Shown here: piece by piece, positions 8,496 to 18,822 of the stretch
Position numbering within the stretch: the stretch's first letter is position 1
How the letters are laid out: each line of letters begins with the position of its first letter
Virus record (IMG/VR): IMGVR_UViG_3300028888_000090
Strand: one strand, 5' to 3'
DNA from: an uncultured virus (IMG/VR IMGVR_UViG_3300028888_000090)
Lineage: Duplodnaviria > Heunggongvirae > Uroviricota > Caudoviricetes > Crassvirales
DNA length: 64,000 nt
Program-made: the position numbers and the translations under genes
The notes under the pieces: generated by a model
The model's database searches: none
What the model was told of the DNA's origin: nothing
Seen by the model: only the letters and a program-made list of their open reading frames with translations

Positions 8496-9136
8496 AAGAT
8501 TTTAAAATTAAAGTGATAAAACATAGAAAACCAAGTGTTTTATATGTTAATCCAAGTTTAGAAGATTTGGATGGTGAAATTTGGTATCCTTTAACTCATT
8601 TTGAAAATCTTTATCTTATAAGCAATTATTCTAGAATTAAAAGACTTTCAAGAGTTAAAACAAGTAAAATGGATTCTTTTAGTAAAAGAACCTTTATTGT
8701 AAGACCAAAATTAAATAGAGGCTATCTTCAAGTTGCTTTATCTAAATTTGGAGAATCACCAAAACTTTATTATCTTCATAGACTTGTTGCTGAAACTTTT
8801 ATAGATAATCCTAATAATTATCAATATGTAAATCATAAAGATGAAAATAAATTAAACAATTCTATTGATAATCTTGAATGGTGTACAAAATCTTATAATA
8901 ATTCATATAATGGAAGAGCTATAAAAGCGGCTGCATATAGAAAAATTGATTTATATGTTTATAAATATGACGGTAAAACCAATAGTTTTAAATTTTATAA
9001 GTATTTTGATAAAATATCTGATTGTAAGCTGTTAAGTATTGGATATTCTACTGTTATGAAGTATTTAGATACAAATAAGCCTTATGTTGCTTTAACTAGA
9101 GATATGTATAAATTTTATAGTAATGATAATAAGTGA
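8492..9136 (+). CDS. NUMOD4-HNH homing endonuclease
   Basis: GEIWYPL..YLISNYSRIK (NUMOD4); LHRLVAETF..VNHKDENKLNNSIDNLEWCT..YN (HNH). Confidence 0.9.
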   Translation: MKDFKIKVIKHRKPSVLYVNPSLEDLDGEIWYPLTHFENLYLISNYSRIKRLSRVKTSKMDSFSKRTFIVRPKLNRGYLQVALSKFGESPKLYYLHRLVAETFIDNPNNYQYVNHKDENKLNNSIDNLEWCTKSYNNSYNGRAIKAAAYRKIDLYVYKYDGKTNSFKFYKYFDKISDCKLLSIGYSTVMKYLDTNKPYVALTRDMYKFYSNDNK

Positions 9137-11426
9137 GGCCTTCGATATCGAAGTTTTTATAAATCTTTTCAGTGTTATTTTTGTAGATTTAAAAGATTAT
9201 CTACAAAAATTCGCTGATTGTGTTGATGATAAAAGAAACCCTATTCCAATGACTGAGAAATTATCTGTAGCTGAAATAGAAAAAAGACTTTCAGAAGTTA
9301 AAAGTCATACTTTTTATATAAGTGATACAGATGATTCTCAGTTATTGGAATTAGTTTCTTATATTAATCAGATGCAAGCTGTTTATGAAACTAAAACTAG
9401 TCCTGAAGGAGAAGTTTATCAAGTTCCTATAAGACATGATTTGTTTGGTTTTAATAGTTCAGGTTATGATGATTTGATGATTAAAGCCTTTCTTATGTAT
9501 TATAATAGATTTGATAAAAAATATCTCTGTGAAAAACTCAAAGAAGTTAGTGATAAGATTATTAAACTTCAATCTGATAAATCTGCTTTCTATGAAGATA
9601 AAGAACTTGAAATGATTAGAAAGTATAGATTACCTTATGCCAGTGTTGATGTTCAACAAGTTTATGCTTTGCATTCTGCTGGTGTGAATATTGACAAAGA
9701 AACTGGTGAAAGGCAAAAGTTTGGTAAGGGTCTTAAACAAACTTCTATTAACCTTAAATGGTATAATCTTTTAGATTTTAATCTTCCTCCTATAACAGAA
9801 GAAGAAAATGATGCTTATTATCGTAAAGATATTATTAAATATCACAATTATTCAGTTAAACAATTAAATAGTTTAATTACAAACGATTTTGATAGATATG
9901 TTATGCCACAATATATAAAACCTATGTTGGATTATAATATAAATGATGTCTTTATTGTTTGTGAGATGGTCAGGCTTAAACCTGATGAAATTAAATTACG
10001 ATATAGTATTACTTCTGCTTTCGGTGTAAATGTATTGTGTTCTGCTAGAGCTAATATTGCTGATAAACTAACTACAAAGTTTTATTCTGATATGAGTGGT
10101 TTACATAAAGATAAATTTATTAAACAAAGAACTGAAAGAACTCGTCTTAGTTTTAATAAAATTATATTTCCTCATATTAAGTTTAAAACACCTCAACTTC
10201 AAGCACTTCTTGAAGATATGAAACAAGTAAGTATTTATCATACAAATAAAGATAGCTTTAGTAGAGAAATAACTTTTTATGGTACAACTTATACTTTGGC
10301 TACTGGTGGTATTCATTCAATAGACCCTCCACGTATTTGTAAATCTGATGATACATATCTTTATCTTCATCATGATTATACATCTTATTATCCTAGTATT
10401 ATGATTAGCTATAATATAGCTCCTAAACATCTTCATCAGAAAAGTTTTACGAAAATGATGGCTTTTCTTAAAGATACTAGAGTAAAATGTAAACACGGTG
10501 GTAATGTAAATGTTATCGAAGGTGTACCTAATAAGATTGCCGCTGAAGCTCTTAAGATTGTTATTAATTCTATTTATGGTAAATTAGGTAGCGAACTATT
10601 TTTTCTTTATGATAGATTCGCTCAAATGCAAGTTACTATAAATGGTCAATTAATGACTATGACTCTAATTGAAGAACTTGAACTAAATGGTATTCACGTA
10701 ATTTCTGCAAATACTGATGGTATTGTAATTAAACTTCCACGTGATAAATTTGATATTTATAAAGATATTACAGATAGATGGAATGAGTTTAATAAAATGG
10801 GTGCTGATTATGAAGAGTATGAGGAAATTGTTTCTAGAGATGTCAATAATTATTTTGATGTTCAAAAAGATGGAACAGTTGAATTCAAAGGGGCTCTTGA
10901 CCCTAAACAATATCTTAAAGATTTAAAGAAAGGTTATGATATGCCGGTTGTTGCTCTTGCTGTATATAATTATTTTAGATACAATAAACCTGTTATGCAA
11001 ACATTAAAAGAACATACTGATATTCTTGATTTTTGTAAGACTCAGAATGTTGGTAAACAATTTGATGTTGTGTATGATAAAATAGAAAACGGTGAAGTTA
11101 AGACTGTTAATAGTCAAACTCATGTTAGATTCTATGTATCTATAAAAGGTGTTGTTATTCAAAAACAAGAAAAAACTACAGGTAAAAGACAACGACTTGC
11201 AAGTGGTTTACCAGTTCAAATTCTTAATCGTCTTGATGATTCACCAATTGAAGAGAGAAATATTAATTATAAATATTATTATGATGAAGCTTATAAGATT
11301 ATAGATCCTATTAAGCTTTCTATATCTCCTAATCAAAAAGGAAATAGAAATAATAAATCTCTTAGTGGTAAAGTACTTATTAAAAAATATTCACAACAAT
11401 ATTTAACATTATTTGACGATGAGTAA
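9123..11426 (+). CDS. polB: family B DNA polymerase with 3'-5' exonuclease domain
   Basis: ExoI FDIE, ExoII GFNSSGYD, ExoIII YNINDV; polymerase motifs DYTSYYPS, KIVINSIYGK, ANTDG. Confidence 0.93.
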   Translation: MIISEAFDIEVFINLFSVIFVDLKDYLQKFADCVDDKRNPIPMTEKLSVAEIEKRLSEVKSHTFYISDTDDSQLLELVSYINQMQAVYETKTSPEGEVYQVPIRHDLFGFNSSGYDDLMIKAFLMYYNRFDKKYLCEKLKEVSDKIIKLQSDKSAFYEDKELEMIRKYRLPYASVDVQQVYALHSAGVNIDKETGERQKFGKGLKQTSINLKWYNLLDFNLPPITEEENDAYYRKDIIKYHNYSVKQLNSLITNDFDRYVMPQYIKPMLDYNINDVFIVCEMVRLKPDEIKLRYSITSAFGVNVLCSARANIADKLTTKFYSDMSGLHKDKFIKQRTERTRLSFNKIIFPHIKFKTPQLQALLEDMKQVSIYHTNKDSFSREITFYGTTYTLATGGIHSIDPPRICKSDDTYLYLHHDYTSYYPSIMISYNIAPKHLHQKSFTKMMAFLKDTRVKCKHGGNVNVIEGVPNKIAAEALKIVINSIYGKLGSELFFLYDRFAQMQVTINGQLMTMTLIEELELNGIHVISANTDGIVIKLPRDKFDIYKDITDRWNEFNKMGADYEEYEEIVSRDVNNYFDVQKDGTVEFKGALDPKQYLKDLKKGYDMPVVALAVYNYFRYNKPVMQTLKEHTDILDFCKTQNVGKQFDVVYDKIENGEVKTVNSQTHVRFYVSIKGVVIQKQEKTTGKRQRLASGLPVQILNRLDDSPIEERNINYKYYYDEAYKIIDPIKLSISPNQKGNRNNKSLSGKVLIKKYSQQYLTLFDDE

Positions 11427-11805
11427 ATGTGATTATACAAAACTTAAAAAAGAAGATTTACTTAAACTTCCTTTAAAACCTTTTATTGAAATTAAAACTT
11501 ATGATTGTTTATTAATAGTTCCAACTAGAAGAAAACATGATAGTGGTTGGAGACTAATGGCTATTGTAGGTTGTGATCAAACAGGTCCTATTGAAATAGC
11601 AGGATATTGTGATGATATAAATCTCATTCTTCCAAAATCTAATAAAGTTTATAATAAATTTTCTACTGAATATTATAATGCTGTACATTATGATATGATT
11701 TTATCAAATTGTATTAGATTTTGGAGTAATGGATACAAATTTGTAATAGGTTGTGGTTGTTCTACAACTGATGTTAAACTTATTAAAAGAGAAAACGATG
11801 AGTAG
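11413..11805 (+). CDS. hypothetical protein
   Basis: ORF overlapping the polB end; internal ATG at 11419. Confidence 0.65.
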   Translation: MTMSKCDYTKLKKEDLLKLPLKPFIEIKTYDCLLIVPTRRKHDSGWRLMAIVGCDQTGPIEIAGYCDDINLILPKSNKVYNKFSTEYYNAVHYDMILSNCIRFWSNGYKFVIGCGCSTTDVKLIKRENDE

Positions 11806-12202
11806 AATATCTGAAGATTTTGGACTTGCTCTTGCTAAAGAGTTATGTCCTATTTGTGCTAAAGAAATAGATGGTCCTATTCTTATGGGTACTATTCTTT
11901 TTGAAAAGAATGCACAAAAAGTGAATGAAATGAATGGCAAAGTTATTGGCTGGTCTCCTAAACCATGTCCTGAATGTCAAAAACATATAGATAACGGTGT
12001 TTTCTTTGTTATCGGAATAGATATTGAAAAATCTACCGGTAAAGAAGGCTTATACAGAAGTGGTCACATTGTTGGTCTTAAATCTGATTGTGATTTTGTT
12101 AAATCTTTAACTGAAGAACAAAGGAAACATAATGCTATTTATATGGATTTTAGAGAAATGATTAGATGTGGTATGATTGATATAGAAGAACATGGTGATT
12201 AA
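11798..12202 (+). CDS. zinc-binding hypothetical protein
   Basis: CPIC and CPEC pairs; ATG at 11798. Confidence 0.7.
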   Translation: MSRISEDFGLALAKELCPICAKEIDGPILMGTILFEKNAQKVNEMNGKVIGWSPKPCPECQKHIDNGVFFVIGIDIEKSTGKEGLYRSGHIVGLKSDCDFVKSLTEEQRKHNAIYMDFREMIRCGMIDIEEHGD

Positions 12203-12205
12203 ATT

Positions 12206-13627
12206 ATGGATGCTAGTAAATTATTTACCGATGCTATTAATCATTGGAGAGATGCTAAAGGAATAGGTACTGCACTTATTCCTCCACCTCTTAATGATAA
12301 AATTATGATATTAGGAGTTTTACAACGTATGTATAGTAAAACTTCTGATATTATTTCTCTTATTGTTGTAAATAATTTTACAGAAAGAAGAGAAATTATT
12401 GAATTTTTAACTTCCCAAGAAGATGAGGAAAACAATGCTGAATTTAAAAAACTTATTGATTCTAAGAAAATTAAGATTTTTAGTTCTAATTTTATAGAAA
12501 ATGATAAGTTTAATATGAGAGTTAATGTAGCCATTGTGTATCATTGTGAAGAAATTGGTAACAATGTTTATCGTTTGCTTTCTACTTCTAAATTCCGTCT
12601 TGTTGTTTTAAATCGTCTTAAACTTAGCAATAATGATATTGCTAGATTGTACGCTGTGTGTCCTCTCCTAAGTGATTTCAAACAAAATGAAGTAGATAGT
12701 CTTCGCACTTCTACCCCCGTAGAAGAGATGAGAATAGGTATTGATGTACCTAAAGATACTGATGATTATAAACTTCTACAATATTATGATGAGTTTATTG
12801 CAACTTCTCTTAATATATTTGGAAGTTTTGATAATATTCAGTTAGCTAGAGTTGGTTATGCGAAAGGTAATATATCTGCTACTCAATTTTGTTATAATTT
12901 GGCAACAGAAAACGGTTGGAGTCCTAATCTTGATATGAATATTGAATTAAATGTTCAAATCGATGAATTATATAATCCAGCTAATATTAGAGAACGTGCT
13001 TCTAAAACTTATGAAATTATTCGTAATAGAGGAAGAATGTTAGCTAATTATGACGCTAAATTAGATGAAATCCTTAAAATTGTAAGTGAAAATCTTGATA
13101 AGCATATTCTTATTATCAATAAATATGGTGAATTTGCTGCAAAAGTTACTGATTATCTCAATAATATGCTTCAAAAAGAAGTTTGTGGTAATTATCATGA
13201 TAAAGTTGATCCTATACCTGCTTCAGATGTTAATGGTAATCCTATTTATGTTAAATCTGGAAAAAGTAAAGGTGAACGTAAGATGATTGCTTCTAAAGCT
13301 CAAAAAACTTACAATGAAGAACGTTTTAATCTTGGTATTATTAATGTTTTATCTGCAAGTAATACTCCTGACAAAGAATTAAACATTCCTGTTGATATTA
13401 TTATTATTACTTCTCCACAATGCGAAGATATAGAATCTTATATCTATAGATTATCTAATGTAAGATATACAACAAATGTCATAAAATTATACACTCTATA
13501 TATTAAAGATAGTGTTGAAGAAAAGAAACTTGATGCTAAACAAATTTCTGAAACGCATATTTTAGTAGATGGTGTGGAAAAAAATGAAAAAATTATCGAA
13601 AATTTTGATTTTGTTGTTGTTGATTAG
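12206..13627 (+). CDS. SF2 helicase-like protein, ATPase motifs degenerate
   Basis: Size, position and helicase-C-like layout (HILIINKY..CGNYH..ERFNLGIINVL..KELNIPVDIIII..YTLYIKDSVEE); no GKT or DExH. Confidence 0.6.
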   Translation: MDASKLFTDAINHWRDAKGIGTALIPPPLNDKIMILGVLQRMYSKTSDIISLIVVNNFTERREIIEFLTSQEDEENNAEFKKLIDSKKIKIFSSNFIENDKFNMRVNVAIVYHCEEIGNNVYRLLSTSKFRLVVLNRLKLSNNDIARLYAVCPLLSDFKQNEVDSLRTSTPVEEMRIGIDVPKDTDDYKLLQYYDEFIATSLNIFGSFDNIQLARVGYAKGNISATQFCYNLATENGWSPNLDMNIELNVQIDELYNPANIRERASKTYEIIRNRGRMLANYDAKLDEILKIVSENLDKHILIINKYGEFAAKVTDYLNNMLQKEVCGNYHDKVDPIPASDVNGNPIYVKSGKSKGERKMIASKAQKTYNEERFNLGIINVLSASNTPDKELNIPVDIIIITSPQCEDIESYIYRLSNVRYTTNVIKLYTLYIKDSVEEKKLDAKQISETHILVDGVEKNEKIIENFDFVVVD

Positions 13628-13646
13628 AAAAATTTTTATATCTTTG
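13616..13646 (+). promoter_or_regulatory. Bacteroidota-type housekeeping promoter
   Basis: GTTG-N19-TATCTTTG, 29 nt upstream of ATG 13676. Confidence 0.65.
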
Positions 13647-13675
13647 CTGTGTGAAAAACATGGCTCTTTGGAATA

Positions 13676-14605
13676 ATGAACGAACAAAAAAGTAACGAAA
13701 AAAGTATTGCTTCTACTGGTAGTTCTACTACTGCATTAAGTAGACAAGATGCTAACATTGGTACTGGTTTTAATGCTATTAATCTGTTTGATGAAAAGCA
13801 ACTAGCTGCTGCTGAAATCTTCCTTAAGAAGATGATGGCTACAGATAAAGGTGGTATTAAAAATGTTAATGAGGGTTTAGCTATCCTTATGAGAACACAA
13901 GAACTGCAACTTCCTTTTGCTAGTTGTATTGAGCATATCCACGTAATTAGTGGTAAAACAGGTATTGATGTTCATATTATGAGATCGTTATTATCGAGGG
14001 CAGGAGTAACTTGGGAATGCACTAAAGATTATGCTCCTCAGTATCAGTATACTGACGGTAATACGATTTATATTGAAACACAACTTCCACAATATTGTGT
14101 TAAGTGTCGTACTACTACAGAAGCTGAATCAAAAACTAATGGAGATATAATTGGTGTTTATCCTGTCCGTTGGTATCAAGATCTTAAAGGAAACATCTAT
14201 AATGAATTTCAAATAAGCGATAAATGTGTTCCTGCTATTAATAAGCAACACGCATTAAAACTTGCAGCTGAAGGTAAATTTCCTATTATTAGAGTTCCTG
14301 CTGTTCCTGTTGATTTTGTAACAGAATATAAGTTTACAAGACGTAAACTTGTTCTTGGAGAAAAAGTTGTTACAACAGCTATTTCACATTTTAGTTACAG
14401 TGAAGCCGAAAAAGCAGAACTTCTTACTAAAGAAACTTATAAGAAATATACTAGAATAATGGTTGGTCATAGAGCTTTTGCTTTAGGTGCTAGAGAAATA
14501 GCTGATGATGCGCTTATGGGATGTATGGAAACTTCTGAACTCAAACTCATATCTGATGTTCCTCTAACAGATAGTGATTTTGAAGATGCAGAAGTAATTA
14601 ATTAA
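13676..14605 (+). CDS. RecT/Red-beta-like ssDNA annealing protein
   Basis: ELQLP..CIEHIHVISGK and FSYSEAEKAEL..YKKYTRIM..HRAFALGAR pattern typical of RecT-family phage annealases. Confidence 0.7.
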   Translation: MNEQKSNEKSIASTGSSTTALSRQDANIGTGFNAINLFDEKQLAAAEIFLKKMMATDKGGIKNVNEGLAILMRTQELQLPFASCIEHIHVISGKTGIDVHIMRSLLSRAGVTWECTKDYAPQYQYTDGNTIYIETQLPQYCVKCRTTTEAESKTNGDIIGVYPVRWYQDLKGNIYNEFQISDKCVPAINKQHALKLAAEGKFPIIRVPAVPVDFVTEYKFTRRKLVLGEKVVTTAISHFSYSEAEKAELLTKETYKKYTRIMVGHRAFALGAREIADDALMGCMETSELKLISDVPLTDSDFEDAEVIN

Positions 14606-14689
14606 CAATTTAAATTTAGAGGAAATTAAAGTAGTGATAAACTACGTGTATATTAACTTATTTTTATTAATTTTTAAATTTTTCGTATT

Positions 14690-15484
14690 ATGATTAAATT
14701 TAATGTTTCAATCAATGCTGTTCAAGCAGGTCAGAAATCAAGTACCGTTAATGCTGAACCTCGTCTCATTGCCAATTCTACCCCTGGTAAGTTTCAGGTT
14801 ACTAGTGCCGTAAGTCGTGCTCTTGGTATTTCTGTTGGCGAGAACATTGAATTCTTTAATAATGTTCCGGGTCTTGAGAACTTGGCTAACACTCCTACTC
14901 CGGATGTTGTTGCTTTCTGTGAAGAAAATGGTATTAATCTTAATACTGCAGAAGGTAAGAGAGAGTTTGTTACTCTTTGTACTCAATGGTATATTGCTAA
15001 GGGTCACCAAGAGTTCAACGCTAATGGTACTCCGATTATGACTACTGTTCGTTGTACTAAAGAGGATAAGCTTGAGGCTATTAAGCTTAATGGTGCTGAG
15101 ATGATTCAAGATGAAGAATTTCGTGCTATGTTGATTGAGCGTATTGGTGATGAGAATGCTTCTGATGAGGAACTTATTGCTGCTATTGACGCTGATGATA
15201 TTGAGTCTCCTAAGACTGAGTCTTTCACTGGTTCTAAGACTGCTACTACTGGTACTGCTACTGGTGTTGGCTGTCCTTTGAACTTTACTGATACTAGCAT
15301 TTGGAATGCTATGAAGGCTGATTTGGGTGAGAACAAGGATAAGAAGAATCGTATTTTCAATGTTTGTCTTGACAAACCTGAGACTGTTACCGTAAATAAT
15401 GGTTTTGAGACTGTTGAGGTTACTGCTTATCCTGTTGAGTTTGTGGAAGATACCGATCCTATCGTTAGAGGTAAAGCCGAGTAA
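14690..15484 (+). CDS. conserved hypothetical protein, probably highly expressed
   Basis: Clean ORF with AAG/GAG/AAC-rich codon style, followed by a terminator. Confidence 0.8.
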   Translation: MIKFNVSINAVQAGQKSSTVNAEPRLIANSTPGKFQVTSAVSRALGISVGENIEFFNNVPGLENLANTPTPDVVAFCEENGINLNTAEGKREFVTLCTQWYIAKGHQEFNANGTPIMTTVRCTKEDKLEAIKLNGAEMIQDEEFRAMLIERIGDENASDEELIAAIDADDIESPKTESFTGSKTATTGTATGVGCPLNFTDTSIWNAMKADLGENKDKKNRIFNVCLDKPETVTVNNGFETVEVTAYPVEFVEDTDPIVRGKAE

Positions 15485-15504
15485 TTGTTCGTTCTAACAC
15501 GTGT

Positions 15505-15546
15505 AATAGAGGAGTAAATATAATATTATGTTTACTCCTCTTATTG
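15505..15546 (+). terminator. hairpin terminator
   Basis: AGAGGAGTAAATATA pairs with TATGTTTACTCCTCT. Confidence 0.7.
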
Positions 15547-15581
15547 TCTAATATAATTATAAACTAAAACTTAATTAAGTT

Positions 15582-16502
15582 ATGTCAGAAGAAATTAAGA
15601 ATGGAGCAACTGCAGAAGCTCCTAAAAAAGTTCGTAGAGGTATTAGTAATTCCACCAGAGCTGTCAGTCAACTTAAGTTTCATGACAAAGATGCTGCTCA
15701 AAATGGGTTGTTTCTTGGTCATTTAGAAGAAGTTAAAGTTGATTGGGCTGTTGCTAAAGAAAATACTTCTTTTGCAGGTCTTAAAATGCCTTATTTAACT
15801 TTCCATTTTGTTAGTCAACATACTAAACCTGAAGAACAACGTCATTATTATCACACTATTTTCCCTGTTGAAAGTAATGTTGCTACTATTCCCGGAGGTA
15901 CTGATGAATGGAGAGTTAATAGTATGTTAAGTTTTATTAAACATATGCTCGATATTCTTTATCTTCGTGGTCGTCAATTGACAGAAGCTGAAGAAGATGC
16001 TTTGACTCTTCCTTTCTGTGATTATGATGAAGAAGGTAATTATGTAATGGTTGAACCTCAGGAAGTTCTTGATGGTTATGGCGCAATGTTTGCTAATATT
16101 GTTGCTATGTTCAATGGAACTTTCAATCTTGCTGAAGGTGAAACACCTAAGCCTTGTTACAAAGACGCAAACGGTAAACCTGTTGTTGTTTGGATGAAAC
16201 TTCTTCGTCACAAAAAGACTAAGAAAGGTTGGGTTAATGCAGGTAATAATGGTGAACTTGCATTTGATAGTTTTGTTGGTAATGGTTGTATAGAATTGTT
16301 TAAAGGTCAAGGTACAATGCCTACAGTTCTTCGTCTTGATCCTTCTAAAGAATCTATTACTCCTAAAGAAACTAAGAAAGAGCCTACTATTGGTGGACAA
16401 GCTATGATGGGTGGTGCTGTTATGCCTGGTGCTATGCCTACTGGTATGCCTATGGATAATGGTGCATTTGCTGCTGCTGGTTCAGAAGATATGCCCTTCT
16501 AA
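15582..16502 (+). CDS. putative single-stranded DNA-binding protein
   Basis: Gly/Met/Pro-rich flexible linker and SSB-type acidic C-terminus SEDMPF; lies in the replication module. Confidence 0.6.
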   Translation: MSEEIKNGATAEAPKKVRRGISNSTRAVSQLKFHDKDAAQNGLFLGHLEEVKVDWAVAKENTSFAGLKMPYLTFHFVSQHTKPEEQRHYYHTIFPVESNVATIPGGTDEWRVNSMLSFIKHMLDILYLRGRQLTEAEEDALTLPFCDYDEEGNYVMVEPQEVLDGYGAMFANIVAMFNGTFNLAEGETPKPCYKDANGKPVVVWMKLLRHKKTKKGWVNAGNNGELAFDSFVGNGCIELFKGQGTMPTVLRLDPSKESITPKETKKEPTIGGQAMMGGAVMPGAMPTGMPMDNGAFAAAGSEDMPF

Positions 16503-16530
16503 AAAGTCTTGTAAGTTGTTTGCTAAAGGT

Positions 16531-16574
16531 AATAAAAGGGTAAAGAATAATATGTTCTTCACCCTTTTATTGTT
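16531..16574 (+). terminator. hairpin terminator
   Basis: AATAAAAGGGTAAAGAATA pairs with TGTTCTTCACCCTTTTATT. Confidence 0.7.
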
Positions 16575-16604
16575 TAAAGTTGTTTAAATTATAAAAATAA
16601 TAAT

Positions 16605-17066
16605 ATGTCAAAACCTAAGAAACCTAGTAAGTTTAGTCTTTATCCGTTATATAGGGCTTGGTCTGCTATTAAACAAAGATGTTACAACAAAAACAACAAA
16701 GATTATAAACATTATGGTGCTAAAGGTATAACTATTTGTGACGAATGGAAACATTCATTTAAAACTTTTGAATCTTGGTCTATCGAAAACGGTTATAAAC
16801 AAGGTCTTTCTATAGATAGAATTGATTCTACAAAAAGTTATACTCCTGATAATTGTAGATGGATTCCTTGTAAAGAACAACCTAAAAATAGACAAACTAA
16901 TATTTATGTTAGATATAATGATAAAGTTATGACTATAGGAGAATTTAGTAAAACTATAAAATATTCTTATAATACTATAGTAAAACACCTATATCGACAT
17001 AATAATTTAGATAAATATAATGCTGTTATTGTTCCTTATAAAGAAGCTATAAAAGAACTTAATTAA
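16605..17066 (+). CDS. free-standing HNH-type endonuclease
   Basis: YRAWSAIKQRCYN..YGAKGITICDEW..LSIDRIDS..YTPDNCRW..EQPKNR. Confidence 0.85.
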   Translation: MSKPKKPSKFSLYPLYRAWSAIKQRCYNKNNKDYKHYGAKGITICDEWKHSFKTFESWSIENGYKQGLSIDRIDSTKSYTPDNCRWIPCKEQPKNRQTNIYVRYNDKVMTIGEFSKTIKYSYNTIVKHLYRHNNLDKYNAVIVPYKEAIKELN

Positions 17067-17067
17067 A

Positions 17068-18240
17068 ATGAAAAGAAATGTAAATACTTGCAGGTTAACT
17101 AAAGACTACATTGAATCTAAAATAAGTCAAGTTGCTATAATGGCAAAGTATTTGAACATTCCAATAGAAGTTATTAATAATTGTATAGAACAAGGTCGTC
17201 TAATTAAATCTGTATTCAGAGATGATGACACTAATAATAGTATGGGTTTCGCTTTTAATCGTAAAGGTAGATTAAAAGTTAGAGACTTTGGAGGTGCTGG
17301 ATTTTTTGAAGATGTATATGGCACTGTAGCATACGTTCTTAGTCTTATATGTGATAGAAGAATAGAACCTAATAATAAACAAGATTTTTATTTCATACTT
17401 AAACATATAGCAAATTCATTTAGTGACATAATTGATGGTAAAGCTGTTGATGAATCTTTGGACGAATCAATAGCTAATGCTATTAAAAAAGGTATGAATA
17501 ATAAAACACTAATTGAAATTGTTCCAAGAAGTTGGAATAAAGATGATAAGGCTTATTGGAATAGTTTAGGTGTTAGTCTTGGTTATTTGAACACAAATTT
17601 TGTTATACCTGTTGAACAATATTATCTTAATAGGACTGTTAATACAGATCCTAAATATTATTATAAACCTAAAGATCCTTGCTATGCTTATATGCTTGGT
17701 CAGAATCGTAAAGGTGTTTATCTAATAAAGCTCTATTTTCCTAAAAGAGATAGACACACTGAATTGAAATTTATAACTAATTGTAATATTCTTGAAGGAC
17801 TACTTAATTTAGAGTTAGATAATTATGATTATATTTTAATTACTAAAAGTAGTAAAGATAGACTTGCAATTGGCAACCACTTATACAATCATCCTTTCTA
17901 CAGGGGAGGTGATACACAACTTAATATTGGAGTAATAAATCTTCCAAGTGAAAGCTATCATCTAAAAGAAAATGAATATCAATATCTTATTAGTAAATTA
18001 GCACCAAATGGAGAAATATATTCTCTATTAGATTTTGACAAAACTGGAAGACAAGGTGCTAGATACTTAAAAGAAATGTATGGTATTCCTTATCTTTTTA
18101 TAACTCGTGGTGAATTAGGACTTCCTAATTATGGTTGTAAAGATTTCACTGATTTATACTCTAAATATACAAAAGAAGAAATTAATGATTTTGTAACAAA
18201 AACAATAGAATATGTTGAATACAAAAAGAATAACAAGTAA
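17068..18240 (+). CDS. DNA primase (TOPRIM)
   Basis: SVFRDD..RDFGG N-terminus; ILITKSSKD, LDFDKTG (DxD), KDFTD. Confidence 0.8.
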   Translation: MKRNVNTCRLTKDYIESKISQVAIMAKYLNIPIEVINNCIEQGRLIKSVFRDDDTNNSMGFAFNRKGRLKVRDFGGAGFFEDVYGTVAYVLSLICDRRIEPNNKQDFYFILKHIANSFSDIIDGKAVDESLDESIANAIKKGMNNKTLIEIVPRSWNKDDKAYWNSLGVSLGYLNTNFVIPVEQYYLNRTVNTDPKYYYKPKDPCYAYMLGQNRKGVYLIKLYFPKRDRHTELKFITNCNILEGLLNLELDNYDYILITKSSKDRLAIGNHLYNHPFYRGGDTQLNIGVINLPSESYHLKENEYQYLISKLAPNGEIYSLLDFDKTGRQGARYLKEMYGIPYLFITRGELGLPNYGCKDFTDLYSKYTKEEINDFVTKTIEYVEYKKNNK

Positions 18241-18820
18241 TTGTATTAATTGTCTTCCTATTGCTTGGATTGCTTGTCCGCAAGATAATTACGGAGCTGG
18301 AATTATAATGGCTCCAATTACTGAAGAACAAGAAAAAGCTCTAGATAGTGAAGACATAATTGTTCTAGAAGATCAATATAATAGAACCTTTGTTGTAACA
18401 CCTAAAAATTGTTATGCTTATGGTAAACTAGATTTATCACCTCATAGTGAAGATATTAATAAAATTATAAAAGCTCGATTATTTAGAGGTTTTTATATAA
18501 ATATTGTTTGCTTAACTAATTATAATTACAACTCTCATACAGTTATTTCTGATGTTCCGGGTGGTAGATGGTACGAAACTGATAATGTTGAGAATTATCT
18601 ACCTTTTCTACATGGAAAAATAGGAAAACCTAAAAGAGTTGTTATCTTTAGAAAAGATTTTGATGTTTTAAGTTCTAAAAAGAAAAAGAATAATAATAGA
18701 ACTGCAAATCATAAACATTATGTAGCTTCAAAAGATTACTACAAATCTTATAGTAAAAAGAAAACCGAACTAAAAAGAAAAGCTAAAGTTAGTAATTTAC
18801 AATTTAAAGTTAAAAAGTAA
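18212..18820 (+). CDS. hypothetical protein
   Basis: ATG ORF with basic tail. Confidence 0.7.
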   Translation: MLNTKRITSNCINCLPIAWIACPQDNYGAGIIMAPITEEQEKALDSEDIIVLEDQYNRTFVVTPKNCYAYGKLDLSPHSEDINKIIKARLFRGFYINIVCLTNYNYNSHTVISDVPGGRWYETDNVENYLPFLHGKIGKPKRVVIFRKDFDVLSSKKKKNNNRTANHKHYVASKDYYKSYSKKKTELKRKAKVSNLQFKVKK

Positions 18821-18822
18821 TT

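Noticed and set aside
8492..18240. Group I introns or inteins in polB or primase associated with the HNH genes
   Set aside because: polB, primase and ligase are uninterrupted and of normal size, with no intein terminal motifs seen; the HNH genes are free-standing
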